A stretch of DNA of 64,000 nucleotides from an uncultured Candidatus Saccharibacteria bacterium (GCA_964450735.1 CAYVDC010000002.1:64703-128702), one strand, 5' to 3'. Positions 54,318 to 63,597 are shown, counted from the stretch's first letter. Notes: a model not told the origin generated them from the sequence alone. A program made the numbers and translations.

Positions 54318-54584
54318 TTACGCTTCTACTTTGACTTTCTTCACAATAGCTTCGTGACGAGCCTTGTTGGTTCGTTCGAGGTATTTGAGGTGAGTTCGTC
54401 GGTCTGCAACCATCTTGATCAAACCGCGTCGTGAGTGGTTATCCTTCTTGTGCTTCTTGAGGTGGATAGCAAGCTCGTCGATGCGTGCTGAGAGCATAGC
54501 AACCTGTACTTCTGGAGATCCAGTGTCAGTAGCGTGGAGCTGGCTTTTCTTGATGACTGTTGTCTTTTTCTTTGTTTTTAACAT
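54318..54584 (-). CDS. rpsO: 30S ribosomal protein S15
   Basis: The internal ATG gives 88 aa, MLKTKKKTTVIKKSQLHATDTGSPEVQVAMLSARIDELAIHLKKHKKDNHSRRGLIKMV.., a near-consensus S15; the track ORF has a 15-codon N-terminal extension overlapping the promoter. Confidence 0.85.
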   Translation of the reverse strand: MLKTKKKTTVIKKSQLHATDTGSPEVQVAMLSARIDELAIHLKKHKKDNHSRRGLIKMVADRRTHLKYLERTNKARHEAIVKKVKVEA

Positions 54585-54619
54585 ATGTATATAAATTAGC
54601 TTGCGAAGGCTGTGGCTGT

Positions 54620-54648
54620 ATAATAACATACTTCAATTAAAATTGCAA
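54620..54648 (-). promoter_or_regulatory. Putative sigma70-type promoter of rpsO
   Basis: On the minus strand: TTGCAA (-35), a 17-nt spacer, TATTAT (-10), about 30 nt upstream of the rpsO ATG (approximate coordinates; by eye). Confidence 0.35.
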
Positions 54649-54688
54649 TACCCCACCCTTTAGGGCCTGTCAATGGTGTCTTTGTCAT

Positions 54689-54715
54689 AAAAAAAGCCAA
54701 AACTAGGGTTTTGGC
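54689..54715 (-). terminator. Intrinsic terminator of the 292-aa gene (its stop codon lies in the hairpin loop)
   Basis: On the minus strand, stem gccaaaac/gttttggc with a 4-nt loop containing TAG, followed by a U7 run (approximate coordinates). Confidence 0.6.
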
Positions 54716-55581
54716 TTTTGCTTGATAAGTTTGGTTTCTAAAATTTTGTAGGCATACTCTAGTGCCTTCTCTTTTGTTGCAGCAGTAGCAGTGCTAGTAA
54801 GAACTATTCCATTACGACGTGCCGCAAGATTGATTTTTTTTTGCGAATGCTTTGCTTCGTGGAATACATGGTAGAAATTCCAATCTTGCTCAATGTATTT
54901 AGTAAACATATCATGAACAATCAATTCACCAAGTAAATCACCAAATTTCAGCTTCTTCTTCTTTTTTTTAGAAGTATCCTGGCTTGCAGGTTGTTCTGGT
55001 TGTTTTTTCTCAGGAATAACTATTATTGCCGTTTTGGGTTCAAAATCGGTAAATGTTGTATGGTCCAAGAAAGTAGATAATACATTGATATTGTAACGGT
55101 CCAAGGTCTCACGCAGCGGAGCGCTGAATCTTGGATTACCACTTTTTCTCGCGCGACATTCCAAATTGTTAACCGTAGCAAATTCAGCAAGTGCCATGTT
55201 AACAAGAACGCTGGCGCTTTGTATCCACTGATGTACTTTTGAAATACCTTTCGGGGAATACGGATCCGTGTTGCATGCTTGAGCAAAGTGCTCTATCTGC
55301 GTTTTCCAAAATAGTTCTTCTTCGTTTTCAGACTGAAGATGTTCTATTGAATGGAACCTGCGTTCATGCATAACCGTATCTGTTGTTCCAATGCGCATGT
55401 GGGAAATAAATCCTTTGCCGATTGAATCTGCGGCAAGCTCCACCACCAAAAACATATTCTTTGTAATTGTTGGATTGGGTATCGGCAGAATGAAGTAAAG
55501 GCTCCCCTTTGAAAAATGTAGTAGCTGATCCGCAATAATTGTATATTGATCATCAAAGGAAAAAGTTCTGTATATTCTCAT
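54703..55581 (-). CDS. Hypothetical protein (292 aa from first ATG)
   Basis: The only ATG in the track ORF is 36 codons in (MRIYRTFSFDD..). Contains a poly-Lys stretch (SKKKKKKLKF); no recognised domain. Divergent from the recombinase gene. Confidence 0.45.
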   Translation of the reverse strand: MRIYRTFSFDDQYTIIADQLLHFSKGSLYFILPIPNPTITKNMFLVVELAADSIGKGFISHMRIGTTDTVMHERRFHSIEHLQSENEEELFWKTQIEHFAQACNTDPYSPKGISKVHQWIQSASVLVNMALAEFATVNNLECRARKSGNPRFSAPLRETLDRYNINVLSTFLDHTTFTDFEPKTAIIVIPEKKQPEQPASQDTSKKKKKKLKFGDLLGELIVHDMFTKYIEQDWNFYHVFHEAKHSQKKINLAARRNGIVLTSTATAATKEKALEYAYKILETKLIKQKPKP

Positions 55582-55671
55582 GGTAAAGGTGTTTTGCCGT
55601 ATTTTAACACATTTTATATAAAAAGTCAATAAACATTGTGCGACATCATTGTATCCCTTATACTTATATAT

Positions 55672-56643
55672 ATGTATGATCTCCAAAAACTCAAACGTGA
55701 ATTTCTCGAGTACATGGAGATCGAGCGCGGTTCAAGCCTCAAGACCGTTCGTAACTACGAACTCTATGTCACCAAGTTTTTAGAATTCGCAAAAGTCTCT
55801 GATCCCAAAGACATTACCGATGATGTTGTTCGAGAATTCCGTCTTCATCTCAACCGCTCCCCCGGATTGTTCATCAAAGGACAAGCGCGAGCAACAATGA
55901 AAAAAAATACGCAGAATTATTATCTCATCGCCTTGCGACGATTTTTAAAGTATTTGATGAAGCGCGGTATCACTACCCTTTCTCCTGATCGGATCGAGCT
56001 CGCAAAAGTTGGCGCACGACACCTCGATCTCATTTCCGTAGAAGAATTGAAGCGCCTAATGAAATCTCCGGAGCTAGTATTTGCTTCGGTAAATAAAGAA
56101 GATCCAAAAGCAATTGCTCGAGGCGAACTTATGATGTATCGCGACATGGCGCTATTTGAATTATTTTTCTCAACTGGCCTTCGTCTCGCAGAACTCTGTT
56201 CGCTCAATCGCGATCTCGATCTTTCCAAGGACGAGTTCTCAATCCGCGGAAAAGGAGAAAAGATCCGCGTGGTGTTTCTCTCAGATGAAGCAAAAAGCGC
56301 AATCAAGAAATATTTAGCAAAGCGAGTTGATATGGAAGAAGCAATGTTCGTGAGCGTCGTTGAACGGCACGGGAAAGCAGGAAGTACAAACGATCCACGT
56401 CTCACTCCTCGCTCAATTGAACGCATCGTCAAACAGCATGCCATCAACGCCGGCATTTCCCGCAAAGTCACCCCGCACGTACTTCGTCACTCATTTGCAA
56501 CCGACCTTCTCTCTAATGGCGCAGACATTCGTTCCGTGCAGATGATGCTCGGCCACGCTAACATTGCTACCACCCAGGTGTACACGCACGTCACCGACAA
56601 GCAGCTTCGAGACGTGCACAAGAAGTTTCATAGCAAACGATAA
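55672..56643 (+). CDS. Tyrosine site-specific recombinase, XerC/XerD family
   Basis: First ATG used. N-terminal SAM-like core-binding domain; C-terminal catalytic motifs ..GLRLAELCSL.. (Arg), ..HVLRHSFATDLL.. (HxxR), ..GHANIATTQVYTHV (Tyr nucleophile). Confidence 0.8.
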   Translation: MYDLQKLKREFLEYMEIERGSSLKTVRNYELYVTKFLEFAKVSDPKDITDDVVREFRLHLNRSPGLFIKGQARATMKKNTQNYYLIALRRFLKYLMKRGITTLSPDRIELAKVGARHLDLISVEELKRLMKSPELVFASVNKEDPKAIARGELMMYRDMALFELFFSTGLRLAELCSLNRDLDLSKDEFSIRGKGEKIRVVFLSDEAKSAIKKYLAKRVDMEEAMFVSVVERHGKAGSTNDPRLTPRSIERIVKQHAINAGISRKVTPHVLRHSFATDLLSNGADIRSVQMMLGHANIATTQVYTHVTDKQLRDVHKKFHSKR

Positions 56644-56681
56644 AGGTACACTACGAACATTAGATACGTGACGCCGAAGCA

Positions 56682-56769
56682 CCCCGCGATTTTCGCAGAC
56701 CCAAACTGTTCGAGCAAGCCGCGCAAGCGGCCCTGATCGCGAGTTTTTGGGTCAAGATAAATCGCGGGG
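56682..56769. other. GC-rich nested inverted-repeat element (candidate structured RNA, complex terminator or recombinase-associated site)
   Basis: An outer 11-bp pair ccccgcgattt / aaatcgcgggg about 65 nt apart, an inner pair agacccaaac / gtttttgggtc, and a central hairpin gccgc-GCAA-gcggc (GNRA loop). The atcgcg motif occurs twice, allowing alternative pairings. GC content is clearly above the AT-rich flanks. Approximate coordinates. Confidence 0.3.
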
Positions 56770-56831
56770 CGCGCAGGCATGAGCTCTCAAAGTTCGTTCC
56801 CTATTTATACATTCTGTTCTATACTATTCCC

Positions 56832-57482
56832 ATGGATTACTCCTCACAGAAAAAGTCATTTCAGACCTCATACGCAACAGGCAACGATTACTGGACAAGC
56901 CTCCCCTTTTTGCTCAAAGGAGGCGAACTGATCCAGTCGCTCAAGCCAGGCGATATCGTTCTTGATGTCGGAAGCGGCCGCGGCCGATTCCCCTTTGAAC
57001 TCGCAAAGCACGGATTGAAGGTTATCGGCATCGATGTCGTTCCAGCAATCGTCGAAAAGAACAATGAAGAAGTAAAAAATTTCAAGCTAGAATCAAAGAT
57101 CAGATTCATCGAAGGCGACGTGCTCGATATTCCACTTGCAGATGCAAGCTTTGACGCCGTAGCAGATGTCGGCTTGCTCCAGCACATTCACCCAGAAGAT
57201 TGGACTGAATACCGAAACGAAGTTTCTCGAGTGCTCAAGCCAGGCGCCTACTTTTTCCTGATCACGCTTTCCAAAAATACGACTTCATATCTTACCTGGA
57301 AGCCAAAGCAGAATCCATTCGGAGACTTCGCGCATGACGGAGTTTTTTACCACTTCTTTTCAAAAGAAGAATTGAATGTACTTTTTGAAAATGATTTTGA
57401 AATCCTCTCTGAGCGCATAGAAACTGTCTCACTTCATAACGACCAAGTTTCATACGTTGTCACACTAATGAAGAAAAAATAG
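56832..57482 (+). CDS. Class I SAM-dependent methyltransferase
   Basis: Motif I VLDVGSGRGRF, post-I acidic residue (IGIDVV), motif II/III ..FDAVADVGLLQHI..; 216 aa. Confidence 0.7.
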   Translation: MDYSSQKKSFQTSYATGNDYWTSLPFLLKGGELIQSLKPGDIVLDVGSGRGRFPFELAKHGLKVIGIDVVPAIVEKNNEEVKNFKLESKIRFIEGDVLDIPLADASFDAVADVGLLQHIHPEDWTEYRNEVSRVLKPGAYFFLITLSKNTTSYLTWKPKQNPFGDFAHDGVFYHFFSKEELNVLFENDFEILSERIETVSLHNDQVSYVVTLMKKK

Positions 57483-57483
57483 T

Positions 57484-58296
57484 ATGCGAATCATTTCATG
57501 GAACACCAACGGTTTGCGTTCGACAATCAAGCAGGATTACTTTGCTCCATTATTTACGCAGTTCAAACCAGACATACTTTGTTTGCAGGAAACCAAAGCG
57601 ACGCCTGAACAACTCCCTGACGAGGTTCGAAATGTTCCTGGTTACGTTTCATACTTTACACATCCTAAATTAAAGAAAGGCTACAGCGGTGTTGCGCTCT
57701 ATTCCAAAGAAAAACCGATTTCAGTGTCATATGATTTTCCAGCAGCTATTTTGAAAAAGTATGATATGTCCGGAGACAAATACGGCGACCCTGCGCATGA
57801 AGGAAGATTGCTCGTAGCAGAGTTCAAGGATTTGTACGTAGTAACTGTATATACGCCAAACTCCAAAGGAGACCTTTCTCGAATTCCTCTTCGCTTTAAT
57901 CACTGGGATCCAGCTTTTCTCGAACTTTGCAAAAAGCTGGAGAAGAAAAAGCCAGTTGTTTTTTGCGGAGACCTGAATGTTGCTCACCAAGAAATAGATC
58001 TGGCTCGCCCAAAGCAAAACGATGGCTCGCATGGATTTACTAAAGAAGAACGAGAAGGTGTTGATAAAATTATGAAGGCAGGATTTGTCGATACGTTCCG
58101 CTATTTATATCCAACAAAGACAGAAGCATATACGTATTGGGATCAATTCAGTCATGCCCGCGACCGCAATATCGGCTGGCGCATTGATTACTTCTTTATT
58201 TCAAAAAAACTTGTACCGAAATTAAAAAAGGCAGAGATACTTGGTGATTACTATGGAAGCGATCACTGCCCTATCCTGATAGAACTCGGAAAATAA
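57484..58296 (+). CDS. xth: Exodeoxyribonuclease III / AP endonuclease (Xth family)
   Basis: MRIISWNTNGLRS.. (N-terminal NxNG), ..DILCLQETK.., ..FCGDLNVAHQEID.., ..WDQFSHARDRNIGWRIDYFFIS.., ..SDHCPILIEL (catalytic His), the complete ExoIII motif set. Confidence 0.85.
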   Translation: MRIISWNTNGLRSTIKQDYFAPLFTQFKPDILCLQETKATPEQLPDEVRNVPGYVSYFTHPKLKKGYSGVALYSKEKPISVSYDFPAAILKKYDMSGDKYGDPAHEGRLLVAEFKDLYVVTVYTPNSKGDLSRIPLRFNHWDPAFLELCKKLEKKKPVVFCGDLNVAHQEIDLARPKQNDGSHGFTKEEREGVDKIMKAGFVDTFRYLYPTKTEAYTYWDQFSHARDRNIGWRIDYFFISKKLVPKLKKAEILGDYYGSDHCPILIELGK

Positions 58297-58303
58297 CAAT
58301 ACT

Positions 58304-58337
58304 AAAACCCTGTGTCTACGCATTGACACGGGGTTTT
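58304..58337 (+). terminator. Intrinsic terminator after xth
   Basis: Stem aaaaccctgtgtc / gacacggggtttt with an 8-nt loop, then a T-run (approximate coordinates). Confidence 0.65.
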
Positions 58338-58373
58338 ATTTGGCGTATTGTTAATCAAACAAATTATTTTACT

Positions 58374-58838
58374 ATGAACGTAATACTTTTAATGGTGACC
58401 GCAGCGATAGCTGTAGGCCACCAAATCGCGATTGCAATAATCGTGCCAGTATCAGTTTTAGGATTAATTTTATTCTTAACAAAGTGGCCAACAAAACACA
58501 ACAAAAAACTGGACCCCGAGATGGATGGTACAGCTGTTGAAAATAATGTGGGCACTACTTTGGAGAAGCTACAGGAGAATCTTGCACTTTTAACTACAGA
58601 ACTTAAAGATTGCGATTCAGAAACAGACCTGCCAGCGATTGCCACGAAATCCGAAACATATGAACGGATGCTGCAAGAGTTAACAGACCCTGAATTTTGT
58701 ACCATGACTGCCAGACAACAGGTAGTTCACCGTAAATTAACCAAAATATCAGGCGACCTTGCTTTGTCAATTTTCACCAAACAAAGATCATTTCAGGGTG
58801 TAACTGTTTTTAGAGGAGCCGGCTTGCAAACCACGTAA
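58374..58838 (+). CDS. Small membrane protein, unknown function
   Basis: First ATG used (the track ORF begins on TTG inside the xth terminator). N-terminal TM helices MNVILLMVTAAIAVGHQIAIAIIVPVSVLGLILFL, then a helical soluble tail. Confidence 0.45.
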   Translation: MNVILLMVTAAIAVGHQIAIAIIVPVSVLGLILFLTKWPTKHNKKLDPEMDGTAVENNVGTTLEKLQENLALLTTELKDCDSETDLPAIATKSETYERMLQELTDPEFCTMTARQQVVHRKLTKISGDLALSIFTKQRSFQGVTVFRGAGLQTT

Positions 58839-58901
58839 CTAACTTGCATTTAGATTTTTTTAAAATGGCCCTCATCTTTCGATGCAGGGCTATTTCTTTA
58901 T

Positions 58902-59570
58902 TTAGTTCTTCTTTATTTTAAATACTCCCGGTATCCATGTGCGCTCAGCCTTGGTCCCCGTTCGTGACAATGAGTACTCTCCAAATGTTATGTCTCGAAT
59001 GAATTTGGAAATGGCAATGAGTGCGAGGATGCCAATAACAATAAGAATGATGTTTCGGACAGTTCCAATTCCGCTGACAATATACTCAAGACGGTTTTGA
59101 AAATAATTTCCAAGGACCAAGAGTACTGGTACATAGATAAGGAGTGCGGCTAATTCGTACGCAAGAAACTTGAGATACGGCATCTTCTTTTGTCCTGCCA
59201 AAAATGGTCCGAGAAATCGAAACTGCATCATGAACCTTGTGAAAAAAATAACTCGTCCGGGATGCCGATCGATCCAAGCTTGTTTTGATTGAAGGGTTTT
59301 GGCAAAGAAGCGGTCATAAAAGGCAGTAAGAAGCCTTGCTCCCTTTCGGGCGAAGAGATACATAACTGTATCGCTCAAGATAAGTCCGGCAAGAATGATG
59401 GGAAATGCAATAAGTGCGTTGATATGCCCTGTTCCGATGACGTATCCCATGGCAAGAATGACGATTTCTTCTGGGAATGGCACTACGACATTGGCGAGGA
59501 TGGCGGTAATGAATATGCCGAGGTATGAGTATGCGCTCAGGTTTTGTATGAGGATCTGTGTTTCGGTCAT
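58902..59570 (-). CDS. DedA/VTT-family membrane protein
   Basis: 222 aa; ..LGIFITAILANVVVPFPEEIVILAMGYV.. (the DedA signature: F/Y-x-x-x-R-x-x-P followed by the re-entrant PGE-like region); multiple TM helices. Confidence 0.75.
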   Translation of the reverse strand: MTETQILIQNLSAYSYLGIFITAILANVVVPFPEEIVILAMGYVIGTGHINALIAFPIILAGLILSDTVMYLFARKGARLLTAFYDRFFAKTLQSKQAWIDRHPGRVIFFTRFMMQFRFLGPFLAGQKKMPYLKFLAYELAALLIYVPVLLVLGNYFQNRLEYIVSGIGTVRNIILIVIGILALIAISKFIRDITFGEYSLSRTGTKAERTWIPGVFKIKKN

Positions 59571-59647
59571 GGGGAAAGTATAGCAAAAGAGTAGTCCTTT
59601 GCCACTAGGATTTTTTTTATTGTTTCTTAATGTGATATACTTTACCC

Positions 59648-59905
59648 ATGCAAGACATTCTGCATGCGAATATTTTCTTCTTTATCACTGCGATCAGTGT
59701 GGTGGTCATCACCATACTCCTAGCTATTCTCCTCGTCTACGGGATAAAATTCATCAGAAATCTATCTGATATTTCCAACGAGGTCAAAGAAGAAGCGCAT
59801 GAATATGTCGAAGCATCTCGATCTGTTCGAGAAAAGATAGCATCGCTTCCTCTGATCTCATTCTTCACAGGAGGTAAACGTACTCGTAAGTCAAAGCGAG
59901 ATTAG
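59648..59905 (+). CDS. Small membrane protein (85 aa)
   Basis: Single TM helix IFFFITAISVVVITILLAILLVYGI, then a charged tail; no family recognised. Confidence 0.4.
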   Translation: MQDILHANIFFFITAISVVVITILLAILLVYGIKFIRNLSDISNEVKEEAHEYVEASRSVREKIASLPLISFFTGGKRTRKSKRD

Positions 59906-59926
59906 CAGTAATACTCATTTATATAT

Positions 59927-60310
59927 ATGGCAAAGAAAGCAATGTCTACAGGCACAAAGGTAATGGTTGGAACAGGATTGGCAGCTCTCGCAGTTGCAGG
60001 AGCAGCAGGCGCATATTTCCTTTACGGCAAGAACGGTGCAAAGAACCGCAAGGCAGTAAAGACATGGGCAATGCGTGCAAAAGCTGACGTTATCGACAAA
60101 TTGGAAAAAGCTAAAGTTGTTTCAGAAGAGAACTACCACATGATCGTTGATGGCGCACTCACCAAGTACGCAGCAATGAAAGGAGTTGCTCCAGAAGAAC
60201 TCGCAGCTCTCTCAAAGGAATTAAAGTCACACTGGAAGAGCATCAAGAGCCAGCTTTCTCCAAAGAAAGCAGTCAAAAAAGCAAAGGCTGCAGTAAAAGG
60301 AAAGAAATAA
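59927..60310 (+). CDS. Lys/Ala-rich hypothetical protein with N-terminal hydrophobic helix (127 aa)
   Basis: MAKKAMSTGTKVMVGTGLAALAVAGAAGAYFLY.. then a K/A-rich helical region; followed by a strong terminator. Confidence 0.45.
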   Translation: MAKKAMSTGTKVMVGTGLAALAVAGAAGAYFLYGKNGAKNRKAVKTWAMRAKADVIDKLEKAKVVSEENYHMIVDGALTKYAAMKGVAPEELAALSKELKSHWKSIKSQLSPKKAVKKAKAAVKGKK

Positions 60311-60323
60311 TTTTCTAAAAATA

Positions 60324-60366
60324 CAAACTAAAAGAGCGGCGCCTACGGCGCCGCTCTTTTAGTTTG
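60324..60366. terminator. Bidirectional intrinsic terminator (127-aa gene versus the 171-aa minus gene)
   Basis: 20-bp perfect palindrome caaactaaaagagcggcgcc-tac-ggcgccgctcttttagtttg (approximate coordinates). Confidence 0.7.
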
Positions 60367-60371
60367 TACTA

Positions 60372-60887
60372 TTACTTCATCACGTTAACCGAAAGCGTAT
60401 CCGGATTTCCTTGTCCAGAAACATCCTCTTCTTCAAATACGATCGTGAGCGGTCCAGTATATGAAGGATTTGTAAGAGTTGCGATCGTTGCTGTGAATAC
60501 TACTGGTCCCGTGGTCATCCAGTTGCCAGTCGTTTTTAGGTATGACTGGCCAAGTACGTTTCCGTTCGCGTCTTTGACGGTAACGCTTCCTGCCTGCGCT
60601 TCAAATACTGTCCATGAACAGCCAAGTGATTGCGACTGGGTATTGTCGACTGTCGCGCTAACTGAGAGTGGGAATGAAACAGTGCTGCCAGCGAGCGGGC
60701 TGTTAACAGTTAGTCCGCAGTGTGAAACAGGCAAGCTTGGCTGCTGCTGTCCCGCCGTTGTTGAAACGATTGGATCGTTTTGTGATGGGGCTACTGCTCT
60801 ACGCTGCATGATGGTGTACGCACCAAGAATAATGACGATGACCACGAGGATTCCCATAAGGGTGTTGTTTTTCATGTGTATGTTCAA
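60372..60887 (-). CDS. Membrane-anchored secreted beta-sandwich-like hypothetical protein (171 aa)
   Basis: N-terminal TM (LMGILVVIVIILGAYTI), then a Thr/Ser/Val-rich beta pattern with two Cys; no family recognised. Confidence 0.5.
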   Translation of the reverse strand: MNIHMKNNTLMGILVVIVIILGAYTIMQRRAVAPSQNDPIVSTTAGQQQPSLPVSHCGLTVNSPLAGSTVSFPLSVSATVDNTQSQSLGCSWTVFEAQAGSVTVKDANGNVLGQSYLKTTGNWMTTGPVVFTATIATLTNPSYTGPLTIVFEEEDVSGQGNPDTLSVNVMK

Positions 60888-60931
60888 CTAATTACTGCTA
60901 TGCATATAGTATATCATTCCAAGACCCCTAT

Positions 60932-61678
60932 TTGACAATACTCCGTATTGTAGTTAAGGTAAAAGAAAAACAATATATGAGACCAATCTACCACGAGATA
61001 ATCCCGACTCCAGTACCCGTTCCTTTACAAATTTTTATACTATTTTCAGGCGGTGCAAGCTTGATACGCTGGTTGATCATCAATGATCCAAACTACGGTA
61101 AACTATATGTTTTCGTTGGAGCATTGTGCGACAAAGCAGATGCTTCAGGAATTGCGTTCCTTACTGAACACAATATTCCCATAATCGTTGCCCCAAGAGG
61201 AAAATATGTTGCAGAAAATCCAGAGTCGCTTCCCGACTGTGTCGATCTTAAAATCGCATATTTTCTGTATTACGGCAAAAAGATTAAAACGGAGTACGAT
61301 CCGCATATCATTCTTTGCTCGGGGTTTATGAAAATAATTCCGGAGCCGTTTTTGAAATTATTCCCCAACCGCATACTAAACGTACATCCGGCTGACCTGT
61401 CGGTAAAAGACTTGGACACCGGTGAACGGTTATTTACCGGAGCAGATGCTGTTGCCAAAGCGTACAACCGCAGCGTAAAGCAAATGCGTTCTACTATCCA
61501 CATTGTAACAACCGAAGTGGACGGTGGTCCGATTGTCGCGCTATCACCAGCCTATGATGTTAATTATCACAAAAAACCTGCAGAAATTCAGGAGATAATG
61601 AAAATCGTATGCGATGGTCCTGCAGGCAAAGAAGCATTAGAAAAAATCTGCAAAAGCGAGAAAATTAAGATGAGCTAA
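60932..61678 (+). CDS. Formyltransferase-family protein (PurN/Fmt-like catalytic domain)
   Basis: ..ILFSGGASLIRWLI.. (PurN-like SGxGS(N)L motif) and ..ILCSGFMKIIPEPFLKLFPNRILNVHPADLS.. (catalytic N-x-HP-[SA]-x-L motif with Asn/His/Asp). The start is uncertain (an internal ATG 15 codons in is possible). Confidence 0.55.
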   Translation: MTILRIVVKVKEKQYMRPIYHEIIPTPVPVPLQIFILFSGGASLIRWLIINDPNYGKLYVFVGALCDKADASGIAFLTEHNIPIIVAPRGKYVAENPESLPDCVDLKIAYFLYYGKKIKTEYDPHIILCSGFMKIIPEPFLKLFPNRILNVHPADLSVKDLDTGERLFTGADAVAKAYNRSVKQMRSTIHIVTTEVDGGPIVALSPAYDVNYHKKPAEIQEIMKIVCDGPAGKEALEKICKSEKIKMS

Positions 61679-61705
61679 CTACAACAGTAACGTATATTTT
61701 TATGT

Positions 61706-61737
61706 AGTCCTTCTACCAAGAGGGACTTTTTTATTTG
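61706..61737 (+). terminator. Intrinsic terminator after the formyltransferase-like gene
   Basis: Stem agtccttc / gagggact (one G-U) with a 6-nt loop, followed by a T5 run (approximate coordinates). Confidence 0.55.
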
Positions 61738-61767
61738 CGGTATCCTGTTTTTTATGGTATTAAGTAA

Positions 61768-62175
61768 GTGATACTTATTTCAAAAACCCTTTTAACTTTT
61801 GACAACATGGCAAGAAAGAACGTGATGCTCCTTGGTGATACCCAAGGAAATTTTTATTCCCAACTTTTTACGCTCCTGTCCTCGGACAAAAAAATTAACC
61901 TCGAACCGCATCCAATTCCCCCGCACAATCTGGGGACTCCGAGCTTTGAGCAAAATTGCATTATTGAGGAAATCGATGTAGTTATTTTTTGTGGAAAAGA
62001 ATACTCAGATGAGACCAAAAAATCTTTTGCCAAAGAGAATGCAACAAAACCAATCATGGTAGTTTTGCCTGACGAAGCTGTAACACTGCATTTACAGGAA
62101 GGTGAAAAATTTTCAGAAACCATAATTGCTTTACACAACAAGCACATTGGTAGACGGCCTGTCCCTAAATCATAA
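61768..62175 (+). CDS. Hypothetical protein (135 aa; start uncertain)
   Basis: ORF with a candidate internal start MARKNVMLLGD..; no recognised motif. Confidence 0.4.
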   Translation: MILISKTLLTFDNMARKNVMLLGDTQGNFYSQLFTLLSSDKKINLEPHPIPPHNLGTPSFEQNCIIEEIDVVIFCGKEYSDETKKSFAKENATKPIMVVLPDEAVTLHLQEGEKFSETIIALHNKHIGRRPVPKS

Positions 62176-62242
62176 CCCAACCTATTGCAGATTATTTCTG
62201 CATCAATCATATCTGTCGCTTTCAAAAAAAGCGGCAGATTTT

Positions 62243-63001
62243 TTATTTCTCTACCTCCCATAATTTTTTAAATACTTCTCGCATGTTGTGCGCCAGCACC
62301 GCATCATGAATTTCTACGAGATAGAATGGCCGCTGTCCTGTTACTACAAGAATGATGTAATCTCCGCAGACCCATTGTGTTCCGGTGAATTGATTCTCTC
62401 CTTTCCAAAATTTTATAAATCGTTTTTCTGCATATCTACCTTCCATCATGTCTTCGGCTGCGGATTTGTTGCTCAATAATTTCAATATGATTTCTTTTGG
62501 CGCTCGATTCCATTCCCAATCAATAATATGCTTGAAGTGTTCGACATAGGTGTGATCCTGGAAACCCCAGTATGTTTTATCATGCAGCATCATGCTGTCG
62601 TGCCATCGTGGGATCGCTTCATAGAAATATGATTCAAGATCCGCTTCGTCAACGAATCTGATTTTTGGAATTGAAAACGTCTTGGATTCTGGAATGTTTT
62701 TGAGAACATCTTGGAGTTCGTGAATGGAATTTTCTTTTTCTTTCAATGCTTCCCTTTCCCGAGCAATGATTTTTTCAAGTTCTTCCTGTCGGGCAGGCAT
62801 ATAATAGAGCACTTTGCCGCCGAGGTCTTCGATGATCAGGCCTTTTTCTTGAAGTTCCTTGGCAACACTATATACAGTAGTTCTATTTATTTTAGTTAGA
62901 CGAGAAACAAGAGCTGGAGCAATCTTGCCCCGTTCGAGTATCAATTTGTAGATGATTTGCTCTTTATTTCCGAGCCCAAGCTTGGAGAGGATTTGTTCCA
63001 T
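62243..63001 (-). CDS. TrmB-like winged-helix transcriptional regulator with C-terminal effector domain
   Basis: N-terminal HTH MEQILSKLGLGNKEQIIYKLILERGKIAPALVSRLTKINRTTVYSVAKELQEKGLIIED.. (the TrmB/ArsR-type pattern), coiled-coil linker, about 130-aa C-terminal domain. Confidence 0.6.
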   Translation of the reverse strand: MEQILSKLGLGNKEQIIYKLILERGKIAPALVSRLTKINRTTVYSVAKELQEKGLIIEDLGGKVLYYMPARQEELEKIIAREREALKEKENSIHELQDVLKNIPESKTFSIPKIRFVDEADLESYFYEAIPRWHDSMMLHDKTYWGFQDHTYVEHFKHIIDWEWNRAPKEIILKLLSNKSAAEDMMEGRYAEKRFIKFWKGENQFTGTQWVCGDYIILVVTGQRPFYLVEIHDAVLAHNMREVFKKLWEVEK

Positions 63002-63159
63002 ATAGGCTTACTGTAGCAGAGTTGTTGAAAAACTGCCAACACTATTTGCAGAAATATGGATTTTATATTGATAAATAAGGTTATTTTAGTCATATATTTA
63101 TTGACATAATGTAGTTTTGTGATTAAATGAAGAAAATTCATTCAATAAAATTATAAATT

Positions 63160-63495
63160 ATGAAAGCTAAAGACTACCCTCTTTTATTAGTAATGCTACT
63201 AGGCACAAATTTACTGGTATTACATAAGTGGCATTATCCTGAATGTAGTTGTTTCTATAGTTCTTTAGTTGTAGGCATGGACGCTGCTATCAAATTTGCC
63301 TGCATGCAATGGACCAGCTTTTTTGCCCCTACCCTAAAAATTACTGTAGAACCCCGCGACACTATTTATTACTACGCATCTATGGCTATGCTCGTTATCG
63401 CCCTCTGCTGCTATTTTTTACCAGCCTTGATCGGTATCAGTATTGTCTTAGTTCTTTGTCTGTTTTTTATGATAGGTGGATATTTGTTTTCCTAA
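63160..63495 (+). CDS. Small polytopic membrane protein (111 aa)
   Basis: Three hydrophobic helices; no family recognised. Divergent from the TrmB-like gene across a 158-nt AT-rich region. Confidence 0.4.
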   Translation: MKAKDYPLLLVMLLGTNLLVLHKWHYPECSCFYSSLVVGMDAAIKFACMQWTSFFAPTLKITVEPRDTIYYYASMAMLVIALCCYFLPALIGISIVLVLCLFFMIGGYLFS

Positions 63496-63597
63496 ATACA
63501 GAAGTAATTCGTCATTAGGCGAATTACTTCCATTCTTCAGCTCACGAATTCTATACGAGCATTCGCTGGCTGATTATGGGATAATGGATTTACCAAT

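Noticed and set aside
54703-56643. Integrated mobile element delimited by the tyrosine recombinase
   Set aside because: The recombinase has XerC/D-type motifs and housekeeping neighbours (rpsO, methyltransferase, xth). No direct repeats, cargo genes or compositional shift were evident.
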